From Pseudomonas aeruginosa (GTDB taxonomy: Bacteria > Pseudomonadota > Gammaproteobacteria > Pseudomonadales > Pseudomonadaceae), in assembly GCF_001457615.1 (NCBI RefSeq), contig NZ_LN831024.1, forward strand, positions 1,350,001-1,382,000: a stretch of 32,000 nucleotides of DNA, written 5' to 3'. The stretch's first letter is position 1; each line of letters starts with the position of its first letter. This document shows, in pieces, positions 8,617-19,543 of this stretch. The notes below the pieces were generated by a model, which did not search any database, was not told the DNA's origin, and saw only the letters and a program-made list of their open reading frames with translations. The position numbers and the translations under genes are program-made.

Positions 8617-8949
8617 GGGAAATTTCCTCTGACAGGGATGCTGATTCCTTGGCTTTCATCTCTGGCCATTACCGTGGGCGCGTTTCCGGCCCTCCGGTCT
8701 TTTCTTCCTGCTCACTGAGCAAGCCTCTGCCAGGCCTCTGTTTCAGGGGCTTGGCGATTGGCCATGTACTTTTAGTGACTCCCCCGCTGGTTCAGGGGTT
8801 CAAAAAAAAATCTGAAATTTTCTGACTGAACAGTCGGCTTCCGGCGTGGTCGCAGAACGCCACCTCTGCTCACTAAAGCCCGTCCTACAGGGCTCTAGTC
8901 CACGAAACGCACAACTGCCGCAGCGCTCCAGGATGGAACACTCGGGCAG

Positions 8950-8974
8950 AAAAAAGCCCCACCTGAGTGGGGCT
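8950..8974 (-). terminator. Rho-independent terminator of cadA (minus strand)
   Basis: On the minus strand this reads AGCCCCA-CTCAGG-TGGGGCT followed by TTTTTT, about 20 nt after the cadA stop. A second small hairpin (8979-8995, AGGCC/GGCCT plus TTTT on the plus strand) sits next to it. Confidence 0.75.
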
Positions 8975-8995
8975 GGAGGAGGCCAGTGGGGCCTT

Positions 8996-11212
8996 TTAGA
9001 AACGCTTGCGCAACAGTCGCAGACCGTTGAACACCACCAGCAGGCTGGCGCCCATGTCGGCGAATACCGCCATCCATAGGGTGCCTTCGCCTGCCAGGGT
9101 AAGGGCGAGGAACACCGCCTTGATGCCCAGGGCCAGGGTGATGTTCTGGACCAGGATCGCGTGGGTGGTGCGCGACAGCCGGACGAATTGCGGCAACTTG
9201 CGCAGGTCGTCGTCCATCAGCGCGACGCCGGCGGTCTCGATGGCCGTGTCGGTGCCCGCCGCGCCCATGGCGAAGCCGATGTCGGCGCGGGCCAGGGCCG
9301 GCGCGTCGTTGATCCCGTCGCCGACCATGCCGACCCGCGAGCCGTCGGCCTGGCGCGCTTCCACTTCACGCAGCTTGTCCTCCGGCAGGAGGTTGCCGCG
9401 AGCTGCGTCGATGCCTACCTGGGCAGCGATGGCGGCTGCGGTGTGCGGGTTGTCGCCGGTGAGCATCAGGGTCTTCACGTCCAGCGCGTGCAGCTCGCGG
9501 ATCGCCTCGCGGCTGCTGTCCTTGACCCCGTCGGCGACGGCGAAGAGGGCCCGCACGCGCTGCGGATCACACAGCGCGATGACCGTCTTGCCCTGGCGCT
9601 CCAGGGCGTCCAGGCGCTCTTCCAGGGCCGGCGAGCAGAGGCCCAGTTCCTCCACCAGGCGATGGTTGCCGAGGTGGTAGAGGACGCCGTCGATGCGTCC
9701 GCTGACGCCTCGTCCCGGCAAGGCAGCGAGGTCCTCGACCACGCCCAGGGCAAGGCCGTCCTCTTCCGCTGCGTTGGCCACGGCGCGCGATACCGGGTGG
9801 TCGGAACGCGCGGCCAGGCTGGCGGCGAGCAGGCGCGCATCCGTCCCGTCAGCCTCCGCGATCGGCAGGTAGTCGGTCTGTTGCGGTTTGCCATGGGTGA
9901 TGGTGCCGGTCTTGTCGAGGGCGACCCAGGACAGCTTGCGCCCGAGTTCGAGGAACACCCCGCCCTTGATCAGGATGCCCAGGCGCGCCGCGGCGGAAAG
10001 GCCGCTGACGATGGTCACCGGGGTGGAGATCACCAGCGCGCAGGGACAGGCGATCACCAGCAGCACCAGGGCGCGGTAGATCCAGTCCAGCCAGGCGCCG
10101 CCGAACAGCAGCGGCGGCAGCACCGCGGTGGCGAGGGCGATGAGGAATACCACCGGGGTGTAGACGCGGGCGAAACTGTCGACGAAACGCTGGGTCGGTG
10201 CGCGGGAACCCTGGGCTTCCTCCACGGCGTGGATGATCCGGGCCAGGGTGCTGTCGTCGGCGCGGCGGGTGACGCGGTACTCCAGCGCTCCCTCGCCGTT
10301 GATGCTGCCGGCGAACACCGGCTCGCCGACCTCCTTCTCCACCGGCAGGCTTTCGCCGGTGATCGGCGCCTGGTTGACGCTGGAGCGGCCGCTGGTCACC
10401 TCGCCGTCGAGGGCGATGCGTTCGCCGGGCTTCACGCGCACGGTGGCTTCCAGTTCCACTTGCTTGGCCGGCAGCTCCTTCCATTCGCCGCCGACCAGCA
10501 CGGTGGCCTGTTCCGGAGCCAGTTGCAGCAGGCCGCGGATGGCGTTGCGCGCGCGATCCAGGGACTTCGCCTCGATCAACTCGGCGATGGCGAACAGCAC
10601 GCTGACCATCGCCGCTTCCGGCCACTGGCCGATGAGCACGGCGCCGGTCACGGCGATACTCATCAGGGCGTTGATGTTCAGGTTGCGGTTCTTCAGTGCG
10701 ATCCAGCCCTTGCGGTAGGTCGGCAGGCCGGCGCCGAGGATGGCCAGCAGGGCGAGGCCGGCGACCACCCAGTCCGGCGCCAGGCCGAACCATTCGACGA
10801 TCTCCGAGGCCAGCGCCATCGCGCCGGCCAGGGCCAGCGGCCACCAGGGCTTCGCCGGCGCTTGCGAGGGGCCGTCGGTATTTTCGCCGGCATCCAGCGG
10901 CACCGCCTGCATGCCGAGGCCGGCGATCAGCTTCTGCAGCGGCTCGACGCTGTCGAAGCGATGCTGGACGCGCAGCAGGCGCTGCATCAGGTTGAATTCC
11001 AGCGACTCCACTGCCGGCTGGCGACCGAGGGCGTCGCGGATCAGGCGTTCCTCGGTCGGGCAGTCCATCGCTTCGATGCGTAGGTCGCTCCAGCGCAACT
11101 CGGCGTTGCCGGCCAGGGTTCCGATGGCGGCCACTGCCGGGCGAGGCGCGTGGCGGTGCCCATGATCATGTCCGTGACCGTGACAGCAAGTGTCGGCGTG
11201 TTCGTGGCTCAT
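8996..11212 (-). CDS. cadA: Heavy-metal (Zn/Cd/Pb-type) translocating P1B-type ATPase
   Basis: Motifs seen: DKTGT phosphorylation site (ALDKTGTITHGKP), CPC transmembrane metal site (VIACPCALVISTP), GDGINDAPAL hinge, a His/Cys-rich N-terminus (MSHEHADTCCHGHGHDHGHRH) and an HMA-like domain (EAMDCPTEE). The ORF track extends to 11263, but that extension covers the operator dyad, so ATG 11212 is preferred. Confidence 0.93.
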   Translation of the reverse strand: MSHEHADTCCHGHGHDHGHRHAPRPAVAAIGTLAGNAELRWSDLRIEAMDCPTEERLIRDALGRQPAVESLEFNLMQRLLRVQHRFDSVEPLQKLIAGLGMQAVPLDAGENTDGPSQAPAKPWWPLALAGAMALASEIVEWFGLAPDWVVAGLALLAILGAGLPTYRKGWIALKNRNLNINALMSIAVTGAVLIGQWPEAAMVSVLFAIAELIEAKSLDRARNAIRGLLQLAPEQATVLVGGEWKELPAKQVELEATVRVKPGERIALDGEVTSGRSSVNQAPITGESLPVEKEVGEPVFAGSINGEGALEYRVTRRADDSTLARIIHAVEEAQGSRAPTQRFVDSFARVYTPVVFLIALATAVLPPLLFGGAWLDWIYRALVLLVIACPCALVISTPVTIVSGLSAAARLGILIKGGVFLELGRKLSWVALDKTGTITHGKPQQTDYLPIAEADGTDARLLAASLAARSDHPVSRAVANAAEEDGLALGVVEDLAALPGRGVSGRIDGVLYHLGNHRLVEELGLCSPALEERLDALERQGKTVIALCDPQRVRALFAVADGVKDSSREAIRELHALDVKTLMLTGDNPHTAAAIAAQVGIDAARGNLLPEDKLREVEARQADGSRVGMVGDGINDAPALARADIGFAMGAAGTDTAIETAGVALMDDDLRKLPQFVRLSRTTHAILVQNITLALGIKAVFLALTLAGEGTLWMAVFADMGASLLVVFNGLRLLRKRF

Positions 11213-11244
11213 GGAAACAATTCCCGTTTGACGTGTTGGGTGCG

Positions 11245-11275
11245 ATTGCACACCCTGTAGCAACTACAGAGTCAA
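11245..11275 (-). promoter_or_regulatory. MerR-type promoter/operator of cadA (CadR binding site)
   Basis: The minus strand reads TTGACT(-35, 11270-11275)-19 nt-TGCAAT(-10, 11245-11250). The 19-nt spacer contains a perfect dyad CTGTAG-N3-CTACAG (11255-11269). An overlong 19-bp spacer carrying a dyad is the hallmark of MerR-family metal-responsive promoters. The MerR-family gene is divergent and starts 51 nt away. Confidence 0.8.
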
Positions 11276-11325
11276 GCGGTACTGCCAATTCGGGTAGCCG
11301 CGTCGGCGATTGGAGGAGGGTTGGC

Positions 11326-11796
11326 ATGAAGATCGGTGAGCTGGCGAAGAGAACCGGTTGCCCGGTGGAGACCATCCGCTACTACGAGCGCGAAGGCCTG
11401 TTGCCCGAGCCCGCGCGTAGCGAAGGCAACTATCGGCAATACACCCTGGCGCATGTCGAGCGCCTGTCGTTCATCCGTCACTGCCGCTCGCTGGACATGA
11501 CCCAGGAGGAAATCCGTACCCTGCTGGCGTTGCGCGACCGTCCCGAGGCGGATTGCGGCACCGCCAACCGGCTGATCGACGAGCACCTGCATCACGTCGA
11601 GGTGCGCATCGCCGAACTCCAGGCATTGCGCGAGCAACTGCGGGATCTCGGCTCACGCTGTACGGTCGCCGGCAACAGCCAGGCCTGCGGCATCCTCCGC
11701 GAACTGGAGCAGCCCGCGCCGCTGTCGCCTATCCCCGAGGAATGCGCCGAGGCCGGGCACATGCACGTTCCCGGCGTGCACCGCCGGCATGGCTGA
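11326..11796 (+). CDS. cadR: MerR-family Cd/Zn/Pb-responsive transcriptional regulator
   Basis: ATG 11326 follows GGAGGA. The product starts MKIGELAKRTGCPVETIRYYEREGLLPEP (MerR wHTH), continues with a coiled-coil dimerisation helix, conserved Cys residues (RHCRSLD, ADCGT, GSRC) and a His-rich C-terminal tail (HMHVPGVHRRHG). Confidence 0.9.
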   Translation: MKIGELAKRTGCPVETIRYYEREGLLPEPARSEGNYRQYTLAHVERLSFIRHCRSLDMTQEEIRTLLALRDRPEADCGTANRLIDEHLHHVEVRIAELQALREQLRDLGSRCTVAGNSQACGILRELEQPAPLSPIPEECAEAGHMHVPGVHRRHG

Positions 11797-11804
11797 AGCC
11801 GCGC

Positions 11805-12149
11805 TCAGTGACTGGAGGTGTCCTGTTGCGCGACCAGTTCGTGCAGGTACTTGCGCGAGAGCGACAGGAAGCGTGGGGTAGGGCCGACATCCTCATAGAG
11901 CGGATCGCCCTGTTCGTCGGTGGCCACCACCTGACTCCCCTTCACGTAGGGAAAGCTCGCCTCCAGTTCTTCCAGGGCGGCGCCGACCAGCTCGCCCAGT
12001 AGTTCCTCGACGCTGCGCCGCGGATACATCTCGTGCAGCGCGGCGAGGCGCGCGGCGCTTTCGACGTCCAGCGGGATGCTGTAGTGGTTGCGGGCCATGC
12101 GGCCCTTGGCGGTGTGTTCCCAATGGCGGACAAGCTCACGGATCTTCAT
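11805..12149 (-). CDS. Small hypothetical protein (114 aa), possible ribbon-helix-helix-like N-terminal half
   Basis: Intact ORF with good codon bias. It is convergent with cadR (8-nt gap) and divergent from ppc. The segment HYSIPLDVESAARLAALHEMYPRRSVEELLGELVGAALEEL has a strand-helix-helix pattern. I recognise no family with certainty. Confidence 0.6.
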   Translation of the reverse strand: MKIRELVRHWEHTAKGRMARNHYSIPLDVESAARLAALHEMYPRRSVEELLGELVGAALEELEASFPYVKGSQVVATDEQGDPLYEDVGPTPRFLSLSRKYLHELVAQQDTSSH

Positions 12150-12356
12150 GCTGACCTCTTCAGCCCGGTCGTGGCGGGCGTGTTGGGGGTGCCCTCGTGG
12201 GGCCGTGCCTCGGTGCGGGCACTTCCTTCAGACTAGACCCGATCGGCGCCGGCAGCCTCGCTTCCGGCCCGGCGGCGCCGTACTGGCACCCTGCGGGCTT
12301 GTAAGCGCGGGGGCGCCTGAGCCAAGCTGGTTTCCCACCCGCAGTGGAGACAGGTC

Positions 12357-15801
<3,445 letters not shown>

Positions 15802-15818
15802 TCCGCAGCGCTGTAGCA

Positions 15819-15849
15819 CCGACGGCCCGCTTGCGGGCCGTCGGCGTTT
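15819..15849 (+). terminator. Terminator hairpin after adk
   Basis: CCGACGGCCCGC-TT-GCGGGCCGTCGG is a perfect 12-bp inverted repeat (realistically a 10-bp stem with a 6-nt loop), followed by CGTTTCC, which is only a short T-run. Confidence 0.65.
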
Positions 15850-15865
15850 CCGGGGCGGCGAAGGC

Positions 15866-15874
15866 TGGTACAAT
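15866..15874 (+). promoter_or_regulatory. Candidate extended -10 promoter element for tsaB
   Basis: TGgTACAAT lies 31 nt upstream of the tsaB ATG, with only a weak -35 (TTTCCG). This rests on pattern only. Confidence 0.3.
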
Positions 15875-15904
15875 CGGCGTCTTTTTCACCACGCGGAACC
15901 GTCG

Positions 15905-16585
15905 ATGTCCACTCTGTTGGCCCTGGATACCTCCACCGAAGCCTGCTCCGTCGCCCTGCTCCACGAGGGGCGGGCGCTCAGTCACTACGAGGTGATCCCG
16001 CGCCTGCACGCCCAGCGCCTGCTGCCGATGGTCCGCGACCTGCTCGACGAGGCCGGCGTCGCCCTGTCCGCGGTGGACGCCATCGCCTTCGGGCGCGGTC
16101 CGGGCGCCTTCACCGGCGTGCGCATCGCCATCGGCGTGGTCCAGGGCCTGGCCTTCGCCCTGCAGCGCCCGGTACTGGCGGTCTCCGACCTGGCGATCCT
16201 GGCCCAGCGGGCCTACCGCGAGCAGGGTGCGGAGTGGGTCGCCGCGGCCATCGACGCGCGGATGGACGAGGTCTACTGGGGTTGCTACCAGTTGCAACAG
16301 GGCGAGATGCGCCTGGCCGGCAGCGAAGCGGTACTGCCGCCCGAGCGGGTCGCCGTACCGTGGGACGCCGCTGCCGCGGACTGGTTCGGCGCCGGCACCG
16401 GCTGGGGCTACGTCGAGCGCATGCCGCAGCGCCCGGCCGCGCTGGACGCGAGCCTGCTGCCGCATGCCGAGGACTTGCTCAGCCTGGCCGGCTTCGCCTG
16501 GGCGCGCGGCGAAGGCGTGGAGGCGGAACAGGCGCTGCCGGTGTACCTGCGCGACAACGTGGCGACGCCGAAAAAAGCGCCCTGA
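15905..16585 (+). CDS. tsaB: tRNA N6-threonylcarbamoyladenosine (t6A) biosynthesis protein TsaB (YeaZ)
   Basis: The 226-aa product MSTLLALDTSTEACSVALL...FGRGPGAFTGVRIAIGVVQGLAF shows the ASKHA-fold YeaZ signature. Confidence 0.9.
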   Translation: MSTLLALDTSTEACSVALLHEGRALSHYEVIPRLHAQRLLPMVRDLLDEAGVALSAVDAIAFGRGPGAFTGVRIAIGVVQGLAFALQRPVLAVSDLAILAQRAYREQGAEWVAAAIDARMDEVYWGCYQLQQGEMRLAGSEAVLPPERVAVPWDAAAADWFGAGTGWGYVERMPQRPAALDASLLPHAEDLLSLAGFAWARGEGVEAEQALPVYLRDNVATPKKAP

Positions 16586-16658
16586 AAATGCCGCGCAGCG
16601 GTAATTGCCAAGCCTTTCGGGGCTGGCTAGAGTGTGGAGACTTCCCCGGGTTTTGATC

Positions 16659-17006
16659 ATGCGTATCGACGGACTTTCTTCCTCTTCGTTGCCGCTGGAG
16701 CGCAGCGCCCGACCGGGCTCCGCGGTCACGCCGTATAGCGACGTGCAGCGCGAGGTCGAGGCGCGGCGCGAGCAGCCGGCGCCGGTTTCCGGCAGCCAGG
16801 GCTTCGAGCAGGCGCCGCAGGCGCGCAAGGTCCAGGCCAGTTCGGCGGGCGGCGACAGCCTGCCGGTCAGCGCCCGCGACCTGCTGGCGTTCCAGCGCCC
16901 GGTAAGCAGCCATGCGGCGATGGCCCTGGCCAGCTACAACTCCACCGCCAGCCTCAACATCGACGCCGGCGCCGAGGATGTCCTCGGCCTCGACCTCTAC
17001 GCCTGA
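16659..17006 (+). CDS. Small hypothetical protein, low-complexity and probably disordered (115 aa from ATG 16659)
   Basis: The ORF 16605-17006 is on the same strand as its neighbours. The product is rich in S/A/P/Q/R and has no recognisable domain. The start is uncertain because no good Shine-Dalgarno precedes either ATG. Confidence 0.5.
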   Translation: MRIDGLSSSSLPLERSARPGSAVTPYSDVQREVEARREQPAPVSGSQGFEQAPQARKVQASSAGGDSLPVSARDLLAFQRPVSSHAAMALASYNSTASLNIDAGAEDVLGLDLYA

Positions 17007-17024
17007 GCGGTTCCCTGCGCTCCC

Positions 17025-17891
17025 GTGGTTTCCCTTCCTTATTTCCTCGGTTGTCCATCCTGGAACGAGGCGGCCTGGCGCGGCAGCTTCTATCCGCGCG
17101 AATTGTGTTCCGCCGACTACCTCGGACACTACGGCGGCATCTTCAACGCGGTCGAGGGCAATACCACTTTCTATGCCCGGCCTTCGGCGGAAACCGTGCG
17201 GCGCTGGGCCGAGACGATGCCGGCGGGGTTCCGCTTCTGTGCCAAGTTTCCCCGCGATATCAGTCACGAAGGCGACCTGCGCGAACGGCTCGAGGCCGCC
17301 GGCGACTTCCTCGAACTGCTGGCGCCGCTTGGCGAAAGGGTCAGCCCGCTGTGGCTGCAACTGTCGGCGGCGTTCACCCCGCAGCGCCTGGGCGAACTGC
17401 TGTATTTCCTCGATGAGCTGAGTCCGCGACGGATTGCCGTGGAAGTACGCCACCCGGCGTTCTTCGACAAAGGCGAGGACGAGCGCCTGCTCAACCGCCA
17501 CCTGCGCGAGCGTGGCGTGGAGCGCATCTGCCTGGATTCGCGGGCGCTGTTCAGTTGCCGTTCGGACGATCCGGCGGTGCTCCACGCCCAGTCGAAGAAG
17601 CCGCGCCTGCCGATCCGTCCGGCGGCCTTCAGCGATACGCCACAGGTGCGTTTCATCGGCGGTCCCGACCTGCCGGCCAACGAGGTGTTCCTTTTGCCCT
17701 GGGTCGACAAGGTGGCCGACTGGATCGAGGCCGGCCTGACTCCATACGTATTCCTGCATACCCCCGACAATCACCTGGCGGCCCAGCAGGCCCAGCGTTT
17801 CCATGCGCTGCTGGACCAGCGCCTGCCAGGCTTGCCGGCGCTACCCGAGCCGATCCCGGCCCCGGAAGTGGAGCAACTGGGCCTGCTCTGA
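17025..17891 (+). CDS. DUF72 (UPF0759/YecE-like) family protein
   Basis: 288-aa ORF with a GTG start. The N-terminus LGCPSWNEAAWRGSFYP...FNAVEGNTTFYARP matches the DUF72 GxSGW..W.G.FYP...FxxVExNxTFY pattern. Confidence 0.8.
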   Translation: MVSLPYFLGCPSWNEAAWRGSFYPRELCSADYLGHYGGIFNAVEGNTTFYARPSAETVRRWAETMPAGFRFCAKFPRDISHEGDLRERLEAAGDFLELLAPLGERVSPLWLQLSAAFTPQRLGELLYFLDELSPRRIAVEVRHPAFFDKGEDERLLNRHLRERGVERICLDSRALFSCRSDDPAVLHAQSKKPRLPIRPAAFSDTPQVRFIGGPDLPANEVFLLPWVDKVADWIEAGLTPYVFLHTPDNHLAAQQAQRFHALLDQRLPGLPALPEPIPAPEVEQLGLL

Positions 17892-17963
17892 GCGCGGCGC
17901 TCGACGCTCCGCCGGCCTGCGCCTAGGCTAGGGAGTCCTTTCCCCGCCACGGAGCCCGCCGCC

Positions 17964-18788
17964 ATGACCAGCCAACGCCAACGCGCCGAACGTTTCCGCG
18001 ACCTGCACCAGGGGCCCGGCATGCTGGTCCTGCCCAATCCCTGGGATGCCGGTTCGGCGAAGATGCTCGCCAGCCTCGGCTTCGACGCCCTTGCCACCAC
18101 CAGCGCAGGCCTGGCGTTCTCCCTGGGCCGGCGCGACGCGGAAGGCGCGGTGAGCCGGACCGAGGCGCTGGAAAACGCCCGGGCGATCGTCGCTGCCACC
18201 GATCTGCCGGTCGCCGCCGACCTGGAAAACGGCTACGGCGATGCTCCGCAAGACTGCGCCACGACCATCCGCCTGGCCGCCGAGGCCGGTCTGGTCGGTG
18301 GTTCCATCGAGGATGCCAGCGGGCGCGCCGGACAGCCCATCTATGAGTTCTCCGCCGCGCTGGAGCGGGTCGCTGCCGCGGTCGAGGCGGCCCGTGCGTT
18401 GCCATTTCCGTTCACCCTCTGCGCCCGCGCGGAGAACTTCCTGCATGGTCGCGAGGATCTCGACGACACCCTGCGGCGTCTGCGCGCCTACGCCGATGCC
18501 GGCGCCGATGTGCTCTACGCGCCCGGTTTGAACCGCCGCGAACAGATCGTCGCGGTGCTCGAAGCGGTGGCGCCGAAGCCGATCAACGTGCTGGTCGGTT
18601 CGCCGCGCCTGGAGCTGTCGCTGGACGAGCTGGAAGCCCTCGGCGTCAAGCGCGTGAGCCTGGGCTCGAATCTTGCCCGGGTCGCCTTCGGCGCTTTCCA
18701 TCAGGCGGCGCAGGCGCTGGCGCGGCGCGACCTGGAAGCGACCCGTGCGGCGATGCCTTTCGACCGTATCAACGACCTGTTCCGCTGA
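17964..18788 (+). CDS. Isocitrate lyase / PEP mutase superfamily enzyme (2-methylisocitrate-lyase-like fold)
   Basis: The 274-aa product has FRDLHQGPGMLVLPNPWDAGSAKMLASLGFDALATTSAGLA, DLENGYG and GGSIED motifs, all characteristic of the ICL/PEPM TIM-barrel family. Confidence 0.85.
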   Translation: MTSQRQRAERFRDLHQGPGMLVLPNPWDAGSAKMLASLGFDALATTSAGLAFSLGRRDAEGAVSRTEALENARAIVAATDLPVAADLENGYGDAPQDCATTIRLAAEAGLVGGSIEDASGRAGQPIYEFSAALERVAAAVEAARALPFPFTLCARAENFLHGREDLDDTLRRLRAYADAGADVLYAPGLNRREQIVAVLEAVAPKPINVLVGSPRLELSLDELEALGVKRVSLGSNLARVAFGAFHQAAQALARRDLEATRAAMPFDRINDLFR

Positions 18789-18792
18789 ACCC

Positions 18793-19488
18793 GTGCGCCG
18801 CCTGGCCTGGTTGCTGCCATTACTGCTGCTGGCGGGGGCCATCGGCGCCCTGCGCTACCAGTGGCTCGATCTGCCGGCGCGCTGGAATCCCTGGCTGCCG
18901 CTGGACGTGCGCGAACCGCCGAACCTGCTGACCCGCTACAAGCTATGGCGGCTGGCCGACGACCGGAGCCTCTGCGACGCCGCCCTGGCCACCTCGCAAC
19001 TGCGCTACCAGCGGGTAGCCGACGACCCGCCATCGGCTACCTGCCCGTTGAGCAACAGCCTGCGCGTGCGTGGGGCGGCGCTGGAGTTGAGCAGCAGCTT
19101 TCTCGCCAGTTGCCCGCTGGCGGTGAGCTATGCGTTGTTCGAGCGGCACGTGCTGCAACCGGCAGCCCTGGACATCTATGGCCAGCCGCTGGCGCGGGTC
19201 GAGCATGTCGGCAGCTTCGCCTGCCGCAACGTCTACAACCGCGAGGACGGTCGGCGCAGCCAGCATGCCTCGGCCAATGCCCTGGACATCAGCGGCTTTC
19301 GCCTGGTCGACGGGAGGCGGATCCGCCTGGCCACGGACTGGGCCGGCGAGAGCGCCGACGGGCGCTTCCTGCGCCGCGTGCGGGACGGCGCCTGCGCCAG
19401 TTTCAATGCGGTGCTGGGGCCCGACTACAACGCCGCCCACCGGGATCACTTCCACCTCGACATGGGCCTATGGAAGGTCTGCCGGTGA
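18793..19488 (+). CDS. Extensin-like-domain protein with a LAS-type zinc metallopeptidase signature, membrane-anchored
   Basis: The putative GTG start at 18793 is 4 nt after the upstream stop. There is an N-terminal hydrophobic anchor ([20 protein letters not shown]). An H-x6-D motif ([10 protein letters not shown], nt 19264-19287) and an H-x-H motif ([10 protein letters not shown], nt 19447-19455) are present. The start codon is uncertain. Confidence 0.7.
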   Translation: MRRLAWLLPLLLLAGAIGALRYQWLDLPARWNPWLPLDVREPPNLLTRYKLWRLADDRSLCDAALATSQLRYQRVADDPPSATCPLSNSLRVRGAALELSSSFLASCPLAVSYALFERHVLQPAALDIYGQPLARVEHVGSFACRNVYNREDGRRSQHASANALDISGFRLVDGRRIRLATDWAGESADGRFLRRVRDGACASFNAVLGPDYNAAHRDHFHLDMGLWKVCR

Positions 19489-19543
19489 GCGCGTGCGGGT
19501 CAACTCTGGCAAAATCCGCGCTTTCCCCGACGATTGCCCGACC

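Noticed and set aside
8846-9079. A 77-aa plus-strand ORF spanning the cadA 3' end and its terminator.
   Set aside because: It overlaps the cadA coding sequence and terminator hairpins, has no Shine-Dalgarno and poor codon bias, and its product is unremarkable. It is more likely chance.
11213-11263. A longer cadA start (MLQGVQSHPTRQTGIVS...). Similar longer starts exist for plsB (30552), the DUF4197 gene (27405) and mexL (TTG 22292).
   Set aside because: The extensions run through promoter/operator sequence (the cadA dyad and the AT-rich mexL region), or they add non-conserved, non-signal-like residues before obvious native N-termini or signal peptides.
12283-12298. A sigma54-like element TGGCAC-N5-GGGC (GG-N10-GC) about 59 nt upstream of ppc.
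   Set aside because: The -12 element is GGGCTT rather than TTGC(A/T). GG-N10-GC occurs frequently by chance in GC-rich DNA. There is no nearby enhancer-binding-protein gene or upstream activator repeat, and I know of no report of RpoN-dependent ppc.
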